From: Octopus vulgaris
Lineage: Eukaryota
NCBI GenBank assembly: GCA_951406725.2
Contig: OX597815.1
Location: 113,336,001-113,400,000 of the forward strand
Reading direction: 5' to 3'
Length of the DNA stretch: 64,000 nt
Position 1 is the first letter of the stretch. The number at the start of each line of letters is the position of its first letter. The notes below the pieces were generated by a model, which saw nothing but the letters and a program-made list of their open reading frames with translations, was not told the DNA's origin and searched no databases. A program made the position numbers and the translations under genes. This document shows positions 50,636-64,000 of this stretch, piece by piece.

Positions 50636-52089
50636 AGTAGATATAACTGTGTTTTTAATAAAAAGAATAACTCTAGCATAAAGCTGTTTTTTTATATACA
50701 TATGGGCACAAACGCACACACACATACTGCCTTCCATTCAATATTTCACTGGTTCACTGCATTTCTAGAAGCTAGAGTGATGAGGAAATGTATTACTCAG
50801 AGCAAATATATGTGTTTATATATATATGTATGTATGTATGTATATGTGTATATATATATATAATCATTTAACATCCACTTTTCCATGCTTGCATGAATCA
50901 GGTAGGACTTGAAGAAGTAGGTTTTCTATGGGTGGATGCCCTTCCTGTCACCAGCCCTCACCTGGTGGCAGATGTTGGGGTCAATTCATTTGCCTAAAAT
51001 TCATCAAGACAGTGCTCTAGCAGGGTAACAGTCTAATGACTGAGACAAGTAAAAGGTAAAAGCAAGATAGTATTTCCCTATCACTTTACAATTGTCGCAT
51101 GATGTCAAAAAGAAACACACATGCATGTACACACATGCACATACACACATATGCACATACACACACACACATTCATTTCCATCCATCCATTTATCATTTT
51201 TGCTTGCATTTTCACTTTCTGCTTCATGTTCTTCCTGTTTCATTGGTTCACTTAAATCCTGATCTGACAGTACACCCTCAAATGTGTTCTAACTTTGATA
51301 AACAAGTCTTTCTTTTTTCCTTGTAAACAAAATGTGTTTATGACAGTAATGGTCAGTTTATTACCTCTGTGAATTGAAATATCAATATCCCCAATAATTA
51401 ACGTTTCCATGAACATGTCAGGGGACATAAACATACCGACACCAGCTATCAAGTAGTGGTGGGGGACAAACACAGACACAAAGACACATGCTCACACATA
51501 CACACACTCACATATACAGTGGGCTTCTTTCAGTTTCCATCTACTAAATTTATCCACAAGGTTTTGGTTGGCCCAGGGCTATAGTAGAAGACACTTGCCC
51601 AAGGTGCCACCCAGTAGGACTGAACCTGGAACCATGTGGTTAGGAAGTAAGCTTCTTACCCCACACCCATGCCTGCTTGTTTGCCATCTTTGCTTATTCT
51701 TTCATTCAAGTTGCTTTCATTGATACTTAACCCCAGGTCAGCCCTAACTGTGCACACTCCAGCCTTGACCATTCTATCTTTTAATCAGTGTCTATTTAAT
51801 GTATTGTTTCTATTCCTAAGACTGGTGGGGTGTGTTATGGTGAATATTCAACTGCTATTTCTTGCAGGGCAAGTAACTATCTGTGGTGATGTTTGTGGCA
51901 TTAGTGTTAAGTGATACTTTTCTTCACTTGTCTTCTCTTTCCTTGTATGTTTTCTCAACCTTTCTGTCTTCACATATTTGCTTGTTTATGTATTTATTTA
52001 CTTATTAATTCACTTAATGTGTGTGTGTGTGTGTGAATGTACATATGTATATACATACATATACACCTATATATACACATACACAAACA

Positions 52090-52141
<52 letters not shown>

Positions 52142-52840
52142 TATTTATATGTTTTCCTTGTTTTGTAAGAAAGTGAGATATTTGTTATTTATTTATTTTT
52201 AATTAATTGATTTTCTTGCTATGAAATACAGAATATATCCCCATTTTGTAGTCAACAAGTTTAAAATTCATACATTTCTCTTTCCATCATGCTATAGAGT
52301 TTCTTCGCTCTTTTTTCGCCCCAGGAATTTCTATTTCTCCAAACAAATATTTTTTCATAAAATTAGATGTTCCTATTTCATACACCCTACTCTTACATAA
52401 TATTTTATCAGTCATATGAATCAACAAATGAGCTTCTAAGTGGTTGATTGACCTGCTAGAAATAGCTAACAAATCTTCCTCAGATTAAATCTTAACTTCT
52501 TCTTCATCACCATCATCATCAACATTTAATGTCTGTTTTCCAAACTGGCATGGGTTGGACAGTTTAACAGGAACTGGCAAAGCCAGGGGTTACCCCGGGT
52601 TCTATAGTCTGTTTTAGCTTGGTTTCTAGGGCTGGATGCTCTTCCTTATGCCAACCACTCTATAGAGTGTACTGGGTGTTGTTTACATGGCACCAGCAAC
52701 AGTGCTTTTTATGTGGCATCAGCACCCACAGCAACGCTTTTTGTGTGGCACCTTGGTTTTAGAATCTCAATTCTTAAATACAAAAAAAAAATGTACATTG
52801 GTTGATGTAGTCCAAGATACACTTTGCCTTGAAAAAAATT

Positions 52841-53254
52841 GGCGCAGGAGTGGCTGTGCGGTAAGTAGCTTGCTTACCAACCACATGGTTCCAGGTTCAG
52901 TCCCACTGCGTGGCATCTTGGGCAAGTGTCTTCTACTATAGCCTCGGGCTGACCAAAGCCTTGTGAATGGATTTGGTAGATGGAAACTGAAAGAAGCCCG
53001 TCATATATATTTATATAGATGTGTGTATGTGTGTGTATGTTTGTGTGTCTGTGTTTGTCCCCCAACATCGCTTGACAACCGATGCCAGTGTGTTTACGTC
53101 CCCTTAACTTAGTGGTTCGGCAGAGAGACCGATAGAATAAGTACTAGGCTTACAAAGAATAAGTCCTAGGGTCGCTTTGCTCGACTAAAGGTGGTGCTCT
53201 AGCATGGCCGCAGTCAATGACTGAAACAAGTAAAAGAGTAAAAAAAAGAGAGTA
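52841..53254 (+). mobile_element. Full-length family-A tRNA-derived SINE with internal microsatellite
   Basis: GGCGCAGGAGTGGCTGTGCGGTAAG (A-box), GGTTCAGTCCC (B-box), central (TA/TG)n, 3' GACTGAAACAAGTAAAAGAG. Confidence 0.92.
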
Positions 53255-55556
53255 AGATAGAATGGTCACAGCTGGAATACATTTGATTATTGGTGTGTTC
53301 AGTTAGTGCTGAAATAGGGCTGAACAACTACTATAGCAACAATTGATCAAGAAGAAGCTAACTTCCATGCCAGTCATGGCCAACCTGCAGCCCATGGGCC
53401 ACATGCAGCTGGAATTCTCTGAATGGCATGCTTAATGAAAAATTCCCCCTTTTTTTTTGTTTTTGGTAGTGCAACCTACCTGATGATGAACCATGTCACA
53501 TGTGGCTTGCTTCTTGAAAAGGGTTGCCTCTGCCTGCTCTCTACTGTTTCTCAACATGCTGGAAATAGCAGCTAAATCTCCTTCAAATCACACCTCATCA
53601 TTTTAAAAGAAGAATGCTGTGTTGGATAATGTAGTCTTATGTACACTGTGGTTGAAATTGAAACTATATGAACATCCTTGGACATCCTTGATCATAGTCT
53701 ACTTGATAAAAGCTGGCCTGAAACACTGTGATACCTACATACAGCTATGTCTACTGGTTCCTAGAGACAGTGCCACACCATTAGGAAGAATGAGACTTTT
53801 GATCCTTTGACCAATACACTAGGATCTCCTTGCCTGTGCCAGTTGTAACTCTTTCAAATATGCTTTAAAAACATTTGTACTACTTTAGGTGTTATTTGGC
53901 TTTTGTTTGTGCTTGTTTAGTCATTTTGTTTGACAGATTTTTGCACTAACATGACTAGTTTTTTTTTTTACCCTAGCATGACTTCGACAGAAAGAAGTTA
54001 AGACTTCTCTTGTTACAATACAACCCTTATATGTTTTTGAAGTAAGAGTTTCTTATTGCAGAGGAAATTAGATGTGCAGAGCTAATGAACAATTTATTGA
54101 CAGGAAATATCAAAAGACATTACTAGTTGCAGCCTAACCACAAACAGTGGGATCATCAGTCACACACATGCACACAAAGACGTGTGTGTGTGTGTGTATG
54201 CGTGTGATTGGCATCATCTCTCTGCACCATCTTTGTTTTAATGTTCACTTTTCTATGCTTTGCACAGAGTAAAAATGAGATTTATTGCAGTAGATTTTCT
54301 ATGACCAGATGCTCTTCCTGTTACCAACCCTCATCTGTTTATAGGCAATACATTTTCCCATGGCCAGACATGTTTTCACAGATTAGAAATAAACAACACA
54401 ACACCAGCTGTATGATAGCAACACTTGCTTACAACTATTGTGTAAGGTCAAGAGAAGCAGACACAAACACATACACACACACATACACTTACATACAACA
54501 GGCTTCTTTCAGTTTCCATCTACCAAATTTCCTCACAAGATATTATTTGGTTAGCCCAAGGGCATAGTAGAAGACATTTGTCAAATGTACTGCACTATAG
54601 GACTGACCTCAAAGCCATATGGCTGAGAAGCAAATTTCTTAATCACACAGACATGTCTGTATATATATATATCTGATGACAATAACCTCATTTATTTGTG
54701 TCTCAGAGAAAGAAATCAGTAAGCCAGTCTATTGTCCTCTGTGACATTGAAGGAGTAACAAAGAGGTGTTGCTCAGATACATACTCAACTCTTGAATAGA
54801 AGAATGAAAGTTTGAAATCCATTTTTTTTTTAATGATTCGTACTGAAGAAAAGTTTCCCAAAAGATTATCCCAGACTCTGGTGACCAAATGCAAAAAGTT
54901 CCAAACAACCCAGTACATAGTTCTTAAAATAAGGTTTGGAAAACAACATCATATTTTATTCTGCAAATGAATTATTAAATGCACATGACTGTATGAAGAA
55001 CTTAGGCGTCACCACCACTGGTACCAATCTTAAGATTATGTAAGATTATGTACAACTTAATTTTGATGTATAAGTCGTGTTCGTGTTTCTCTTTTGATTT
55101 CCTTCTCTTTTTTTAAACAATGAATAAACAAAAAGATTGAAGTGTAAGTAAATTAATCATAATACAGACATGCACACACACACATATATACACTTACGTA
55201 CACACATATACATTTATATGTACTCATCTTACTGAAATAATTTTCTGTCAGCATGCCTTATAATTAAATGCATTCTTGAATTGCATTCTACTAAAATGGA
55301 ATTAACAAAATTTATCAAGATGAAAAGAGAGAATGAGGACCAGGCTAGTTGAGAGGGAGTGACAGACAGAAGCATTATTTAAAAAATAATAATATCCAAT
55401 TTTTACATGTGAAATATTTTTTTAAAACTTTTTGCTGTAGTTATTCAATTACTATCAAATTTACTTATATTTGAAATCTCCAAAATGTTATTACTAACAG
55501 ACTGATTTTCAAAAAGATTCTTTTTCTTGTTAAACATAAATAAGCATACACACACA

Positions 55557-55649
<93 letters not shown>

Positions 55650-55894
55650 TATATTTATATATATATATATATATATGATGATGATGATGATATATATAAA
55701 CATGTGTCTTTTTCCCTTGTTTATACAAACATTAGGAAAAAATACAGTATATATAAAGTTGATTATAATATCAATAAAAGAAGTGAAGCATCTACACTTG
55801 TTTACTCTGGATTTTGTGTTGTTGATTATTTAAAAATTAGTGACAGCTCTGAACTCAGAATAAAGAATTTTGAAAACATTAGTTCATTTATGGT

Positions 55895-55996
<102 letters not shown>

Positions 55997-56725
55997 CACA
56001 CACACATACACATGCTCATATATTACAGTCTTGCTTTCTCCCCAGCCTCTCTCTCTCTATATATATATATTATATATGTATTGCACCAGTAAATGATTTC
56101 CAAATTTTGCACACATTTTGCTTGTGTTCTAGAACGACTCTATTGTCAGCCTGTGTTGGAATGTTTTAGTTATCAAATCGCCCTACTACCACCATCTTCT
56201 TCACCACTCTTTTTATTTATATATATTGGGGGGTTATTTTTTTCCTGTTTATTTTATTTACTATAGATGCCTTCCTTTCCAACTGAAAACAAATTTTAAC
56301 AAAAGACCAAAAAACAAAAACTAAAGGAGAAAATTATAAAAGATTATAAAAGAAACAAATTTTGAAGAAAGGTCACATTTGTTGAGTGAGTGAGGAAAGT
56401 GAGAAGTAGTATAAAGAACATTTTAGGGAAAGTCAGATAGACACAGATAGAGGGGGGAAAGAGGAATAGAAGGAGAGGTTAAATAAGGGGTGGGTAGAGG
56501 AGAAGGAATACAGTATAGTCAATGATACAAAACCAAGTCAGCTAGTGAGGTTATCCTTATCTCGATTTTCTGGCAAATTATGCTACCAAAGAGGAGCAAT
56601 CAGGGATGGTTTGGGTAGGTCACTAGTTAGGTAGATAGGTAGGTAGGTAGGTAATGTGGTTCTAATTGTTTAGTGTGTGTGTGTATATATATATGTATAT
56701 ATATATATGTATATATATATGTGTG

Positions 56726-56806
<81 letters not shown>

Positions 56807-57211
56807 TCATCATCATCATCATTTAGCATCTGTTTTCCTTGCTTGTATGGGTTAGACGGTTTAACTGGAACTGGTAAGCCAGAGAGCCGTACCAGGTTCC
56901 AGTCTGATTTGACTTGGTTTCTACAGCTGGATACCTTCCTAAAGTCAGCCACTCCATAAGTGTAGTGAGTGCCTTTTATGTGTCATCAGCACTGTCCACA
57001 ACTATGATTTCACTTGGCTTGACAAGTCTTCTCAAGCACAGCAAATTGCCAAAGGTGTCTCGATCATTTGTGTGTGTGTATATATGTATACATACATATA
57101 TATATATAAATTTGAAATAATAAGGGTGAAAAATTGAATATTAATTTGATTAATATCAATTTAAAACCAGTGGTCTAGTATATTGAAAAATCTGAGGATT
57201 CAGAAAAAATT

Positions 57212-57812
57212 ATATTACATACATATGAGAGGGATGACCTGTAAGTGGACATCCATTATGCTAGAAGTAGATCTGCTATGGTCTTACCACTAAGAAAGGA
57301 ATGTTCTCATGAAAATTTAGCAAACGCCAGAACATAAGCGAGCAAGACAAATGAAAAGATACAAAATATAGATTTTGTATCTTTTCATTTGTCTTGCTTG
57401 CTTACATTCTGGCATTTGCTAAATTTTCTTGAGAACGTGGCCGATGCCAGTGCCGCCTCGACTGGCTTCTGTGCCGGTGGCACATAAAATACACCAATCC
57501 GACTGTGGCTGTTGCCAGCCTCGCCTGGCACCTGTGCAGGTGGCACGTAAAAAGCACCCACTACACTCACGGAGTGGTTGGCGTTAGGAAGGGCATCCAG
57601 CTTTAGAAACATTGCCAGATAAGACTGGAGCCTGGTGCAGCCTTCTGGCTTCCCAGATCTCCGGTCGAACCGTCCAACCCATGTTAACATGGAGAACGGA
57701 CGTTAAACGATGATGATGATGATTCCTTTCGTAGTGGTAAGACCATAGCGGATCTACTTCTAACATAATATATGTCCACTTACAGGTCGTCCCTATTATA
57801 TGTATGTAATAT
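57212..57812. mobile_element. Long palindromic (foldback) element interrupted by a family-B insertion (57439-57722)
   Basis: Arms of about 155 bp centred on ACAAAAT-ATAG-ATTTTGT; the right arm resumes at 57723; a single-arm copy lies at 34391-34497. Confidence 0.85.
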
Positions 57813-57858
57813 ATATATATATGTCCAACCCATGCTAGCATGGAATAACGGACGCTAA

Positions 57859-57944
<86 letters not shown>

Positions 57945-58007
57945 TTTGTAGAAAACATTTTGAAAACATAAATCTGAAAGAAGCACACTCTAAGATGTAG
58001 AGTAGTA

Positions 58008-58158
58008 TATATTAAAAATGGGGAAGGCCAGTTCATGGGATTACTTTAGGTTTCCCATCCCATTTTTGAGATCTGACAACATGCCATAAAGCTAAACCGT
58101 TTATGGACGGGAAACCTAAGCTAATCCCATAAACTGGCCTTCCACCATTTTTAATATA
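58008..58158. mobile_element. Small foldback MITE
   Basis: About 53-bp inverted arms (TATATTAAAAATGG.GAAGGCCAGTT.ATGGGATTA..TTAGGTTTCCC) around a spacer of about 45 nt. Confidence 0.75.
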
Positions 58159-59255
58159 CTTACTAAGGTGGCAAGTTGATGGAGTCATTAGCATGCTGAA
58201 GAAAATGCATAGTGGCATCCCTCCAGCTTCGTATTCTGAGTTTAAATTCCACTGTGGTTGACTCTACTCTTCATCATTTCCAGATCTACAGAGTGCTCCA
58301 CTTCCCCAAAATTTCAGGTTAGCTGCCCAAATTAGAAAGAATTTTATATACTATGATGATGGATTGGTTTAAAAAACTGGACAATATGATTTGTGATATT
58401 TCTTCCAGCCCTTTACATTTGAGAGTTCAAATCCTGCCAAAGATACCCTTCCCTTTCATCACTCTAGAGTCGATAGAATAAAGTACCAATCAGTTACTCA
58501 GATCAATAGTGTCAACTTATACTCTCTTCTGAATTTCAGTCTTCCTGCCTGTCTTAAACAATTCTGTATATTTACTGTTAGGTGGACACATGGTTGTCTG
58601 GTAAAATGTTTATTTTTCAACCACATGTTTCTGGGTTCAGTCCACTACATGGCACCTTAGACAAGTGTCTTCTACTATAGCCCTGGACCAACCAAACACT
58701 TGTGAATGGATTTGGTAGACAGAAACTGAAAGAAGCCTACCGTGTGTGTGTGTGTGAGGTAGTGAGTGAGATAGAGTATAGACATTTGGTCTATTATGTT
58801 CTTCTGGCCAGTGCCTTTATGAGAGAATACATTAAAAGTCACTGTCACCCTTTAGCAAACTGAATGAATGGTGGCTGGGATGCTTTTTATCACAACTGAT
58901 TGGTCCATCTATATTATTTTAGTGAAAGGGAAAAGAAATCTACTTCCTCTTCATTTACTTCATTGTAATAAAAGGCAATCTTGATATCCAACTTAACATG
59001 GATGTGTGTGTGTGTGTGTGTGTAGGTGTTTCCTTGTGTTGACATCATGAGAGAGTTTCAGCTGAGTATCACCACCGTGCAAGTAGTGTCCTTCCTTCCA
59101 AATATTTGATGGAAACGTGTCTGGTCATAGGAAAATATTACTATACTTGGAAACAGGGAAAGATTGGCGACAGGAAGAGTGTCCAGCCATAGAAAATTCT
59201 GTTTCAATGAGATTCCATCCAATCCATTTAGGCATGGAAAAGTGGACATGAAAAC

Positions 59256-59298
59256 GATGATGATGATGGTGGTGATGATGATGATGATGATGCTGTTG

Positions 59299-59367
<69 letters not shown>

Positions 59368-59368
59368 T
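59256..59368 (+). repeat. (GAT)n-(GTT)n-(GCT)n trinucleotide tract grown from a family-B tail
   Basis: Directly follows ..GCATGGAAAAGTGGACATGAAAACG. Confidence 0.9.
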
Positions 59369-59915
59369 TAGATTGGTTGTTGTTCACAGCAGATTTTCTT
59401 GTTGTCATTGTTGTGTTTATTGTTGCTGCTGTTGTTCTTATCACCATTGATGCTATTTTTTTGTTTCACTAAGTTTTGTCACTGTAATTGCTATACACAG
59501 AAAGTCATGTTTTTTGCTTGTTTGTTTTTCTTTATTTTTTTTCTGTCCTGGCACAAGCTGCCATATATATTTCTACACATTTCTACTTGTTCATTCCAAC
59601 ATTAGTCCAGCTAAGATAAGGTTTGGTTTGTTTATTCAAAAAGCCCCAAATTCTCTAGCAATTCTATTTTGCAAATAAATCTTAACCAACCCTTTCCTCA
59701 CATCCACCTCCTAAGCAAAATCAATACAAGAAAAATATAAAAAGAAAACAACAATTAAAAAGAAAAAGAAAAGTTTTGTTTCTTTTTCCAACCACCTTGT
59801 TCATAAAACATCTAGAATTTCACCATTTTGATAAGGCATCTTTTGATTCTTGAAATTTGGTCACTTGGTCCCTGTATCTGTATATTTGTTTTAACACATA
59901 TTCGTACACACACAT

Positions 59916-59997
<82 letters not shown>

Positions 59998-62770
59998 ACT
60001 CTTAACCTCTTTCCCTCTATTTCACTTCTTTTACTCTTTCGGGTTTTCACTCCCATCTTCTCTAAATTTAATTCCTCCTGATCTGCTGTTAACCTTTTTA
60101 CCCTAAGCCACCCTCACACATACACACTTCGCCCTTAATCTAATCTTTCATTATACAAGCTAGTAAAGAGAGCCTTTATGTTGTAAAAAACCACAGTGTC
60201 AGTAGCAACTAAATCAGGTCTAAACAACTTCCCTGCCATCCTTAGAAATAGGATTTAAACCATGTTATGTTGGTTGAGACAATTAATGCCTTCTCTTATA
60301 GTATCTGCTTCATATATTATGAGATAAGGATAGAACCTTAATATTATCACTTGACCTGCTGGAAATATTCTCTTTTAATTTTTTATTGGTTCATTGGTTA
60401 AATGTGGTCATGTTGGAGCACAACTTCCAAAAGTCTTAGTTGGTCATATCAGCTTCTGTACTTATTAAGTTTGGTAATTATTTTATTGATCTGTATTTAT
60501 TGAATGGCTAAATGATTGTTTTTGACAATTCAGTTTATTTTTCTTAATTGTCACTTAAGAAGTGCTGGTGCCGCATGAAAAGCACCTAGTACACTCTGTA
60601 AAGTGGTTTGTATTAGGAAAGACATCCAGTTGTAGAAACCATGCCAAAACTGATAATGGAACCTTGTGTGGTGCCTGGCCTCACCAGCTCCCGTCAAATT
60701 ATCCAACCCATGCTAGCATGGAAAAACAGACATTAAATGATGATGATGCTGTATTAAACATACATGCACACTTACACCAGTAACTTAAAGTTTATTGGGT
60801 TCTATCTAACCTTTCCACTAACACAGTGTTATGTCTCCTGATCACAGTATAAGCCTTATGGCAAGTAACTTATATGAAACCTATAAAACAATAAAATCAT
60901 CATAAACCTCCTCATCATTTTTATGTCTGCTTTTTCCGTGCTAGAATGACCAAGACTTCTTCAGGCAGTATTCAATGTCTAAATGCCCTAGGAGCAGCAG
61001 CATTTGTATCATCATTTAATGTCCATTTCTATGCTAGCATGTGTTGGATAGCTTGACAAGAGGTGTCAAGCCAGAGCACTGCACAAAGCTCCAGTCGTCA
61101 GTTTTGGCATGATCTCTGCAGTTGGGTGCCCTTCCAAATGCTTACCATTTTACAGAGTGTACTGAGTGCCTTTTTACATGGCTTGTTTTTTCAAGTATGA
61201 TACTTTATTCCACATCTTTAGTGAATTAATAAGCTACTGGACTTTTTGCTTATGCTGGGCATAAAAGCAGCAAATCAACTGAGTTGTTAGTGTTGGATAG
61301 AATGTTTCATTATATTAATTCTAATGGTCTGTGGTCTGAGTTCAAATCCTTTCAAAGTCAACTTTGTCTTCCATCCTTTTAGGGTTGATGAAAAAAGTAG
61401 TAATCTAGTGCAGCAAATTTGCAGAACTGCAGAAATGGAATAGGAACCTTATGTTAATTTTATGGCTTTGTGTTATGAGCTTGTAACCCTCCATGATCTT
61501 GTAGGAGCTGGTTGAATCAGTATTTACTGATTGGTACTAAGTTCAGCATCGCCTGATCAAAGTGTGTTATGGACTTAGTTACTGAAGCTGTAATTTTTCG
61601 ATTTTAGGCTTTGCTACTGCCTTCTTGGGTGGTAGACTTAATCTGTCACCTAGTTTCACATCACTGTCCCTGGCACCCTATGTACCTTTAGCAGTGACCA
61701 TTTTATGGCAAGCATTCAGGCTAGGTCATCGATTAGAAGATAAGCTTCCCCTAACCTCCTACCTGGTCTGGAGGTCTTGTAAAGGGTTTTAGGCACTGAT
61801 GTCCTTCTTAACTTGAAGATGTTTTTTTTTTTAAAAAGGGACCTCACATGTACTTATGTAATGTATTGGTTAATCCTTCAGTTTCATGTAAAATTATTTT
61901 TATTTTAACTTGACATAACGACAAACATCAATAAGTTACACACACACACACACACACACACACATGCATACATACATACATACATACATACATACATACA
62001 TACATACATACATACATACATACATACATGTCATGGTGCACCTGAGCACTATATGCAATAATTTCATTATTATTATTATTATTATACACAGTAGGCTATA
62101 GAAGACACTCACCCAAGGTGCTACACAGTGGGATTGAACTTGAAGTTATGTGGCTCTACAGTAACTAGTGAACCTCACAGCCATGCCTATATCTGCCAAA
62201 GATTATTAAAATTACAACCAGTTTTTGTTTCTCAGATAAGAATTTTGACTGAATACTGACTTCTGTAACATTCAAGGTTAAAAATGCCTGGCATTAACAA
62301 GCGTGATAATATTTAACTGATATGGCTTTACAAGAGAATATATAGATGAACACTGTTTTTTAACTGTTGAAGTGAAGAAACTAGGCTGACTTATTTGTCA
62401 TTTAAAGAAAGAAAGACTAACACTCCTACTTCACTTGTTCTATTCCACATTGTAACGTGTAACCTACTGTCTAGTATATCTTGCCTAATTCTACCTAAAG
62501 CATACAAACTATCATAATACATACCCCCATGCACCCCCACATGCACACAAACAAAATGTCAAGTAAATTATACCTAATACCCACTCTATTTCAAGTTGAT
62601 GAAGAAACCTTTATGCAATCATACAGCCTGCTAAAAACAACAGCCAAATCTTCAAATCATACTTGAAAAAGAAACCATTGGACAGTATAGTCTTGGCCAA
62701 TAAAAATGATATGACTGACTGACTGTAATGTCTTTAATCATAGCTCTACTCAATCAGGGATGATGTGGAT

Positions 62771-62834
<64 letters not shown>

Positions 62835-63363
62835 ACACTCAGTACACAATTCTCCTCCTCATCATCATTGTTTAACGTCCGCTTTCCATGCTAGCATGAG
62901 TTGGATGATTTGACTGAGGACTGACAAACCAGATGGCTGCACCAGGCTCTAATCTGATCTGGAAGAGATTCTACAGCTGAATGCCCTTCCTAATGCCAAC
63001 CAAGGCACAAGGGCCAGTCAGGCGGTACTGGCAACAGCCACACTCAAATGGTGCTTTTTACATGCCACCGGCACGGAAGCCAGTCAGCTGCTCTGGCAAC
63101 GATCACGCTCAGGTGGTGCTCTTAGCACTCCACTAGCACAGATGCTAGTCATCGAATTTGATTTTGATTTCGATTTCACTTGCCTCAACAGGTCTTTGCG
63201 AGCAGAGTTTAGTGTCTAGTTTAATGTTTAAAAAACTGTACCACACCTCAGGAAAAAAAAACTAACACAATGCAATACTTGGAAGAGTTTGCTCTGAGTG
63301 GGTTGTGGAGCCAATACTAAACCTTATTTTGGTTCTGTGTTGCACTATACTGTGCTTTCTTTT

Positions 63364-63406
<43 letters not shown>

Positions 63407-63690
63407 TATATATACATACATATATATGTATGTATATGTAATATATATGTATAGGCGTAAGAGTGGCTGTGTGATAAGTAGCTATAGGTGTCGGAGTGGC
63501 TATGTGGTAAGTAGCTATAGGTGTAGGAGTGGCTGTGTGGTAAGTAGCTTGCTTATGAACCACATGTTTCCGGGTTCAGTTCCACTGCATGGCATCTTGG
63601 GCAAGTGTCTTCTACTATAGCCTTGGGCTGACCAAAGCCTTGTGAGTGGATTTGGTAAACTGAAACTGAAAGAAGCCCGTTGTATATATG

Positions 63691-63744
<54 letters not shown>

Positions 63745-63812
63745 ATTAGGGAATGAATCCAAAATTACAGGGAAAAATTATTTTAAAATATTGATATTTT
63801 TAGATCAAAAAT

Positions 63813-63856
63813 CCACCTGAAGATTGTCGGTAGCAGACATGAAACATTTGTAGTGG
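63813..63856 (+). ncRNA. Type I hammerhead ribozyme motif in a Penelope-like pLTR fragment (about 63745-63945)
   Basis: CCAC-CTGAAGA-T-TGTC(GGTAGCA)GACA-T-GAAA-C(ATTT)G-TA-GTGG: all three stems and core nucleotides present; GUA cleavage triplet. Confidence 0.8.
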
Positions 63857-63940
63857 CGGTTTATTTAATTTATATTAAAATTTTATGTATTGATTAAGTC
63901 TTTCCTTGTTTGGTTTTAAAATAGTGGTTTTGTCTCGAAT

Positions 63941-63987
<47 letters not shown>

Positions 63988-64000
63988 TTATAAAATGAGA

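Noticed and set aside
57121-57180. Hairpin followed by AAAACCAGTGGTC, resembling a hammerhead
   Set aside because: The core reads GTGAAAA/TAAAA and no stem I pairing is possible.
59058-59472. Poly-Ser / poly-Leu ORFs
   Set aside because: Trinucleotide expansion of a SINE tail; no coding context.

Overview
AT-rich, microsatellite-dense animal genomic DNA. From my recall of its SINE families it most resembles an octopus (cephalopod) genome; this was not verified by a search. No intact host gene is recognisable, and nearly all listed ORFs are microsatellite or SINE artefacts. The window is a mosaic of nested mobile elements: several tRNA-derived SINE families, an RTE LINE and many short elements sharing its 3' tail, CR1/Daphne-like LINE remnants, an internally deleted Gypsy LTR element, pogo-, mariner-, hAT- and piggyBac-type derivatives, non-autonomous Helitrons and a decayed tRNA-Leu. 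Three things stand out. (1) Several small Penelope/retrozyme-like elements carry type I hammerhead ribozyme motifs; one has a U3-A8 compensatory core and two share a non-canonical TGGACAA core. (2) A head-to-tail Helitron array carries piggyBac- and mariner-transposase fragments. (3) There is a CpG-retained to CpG-depleted transition at about 13.5-14 kb, suggesting entry into a methylated gene body.
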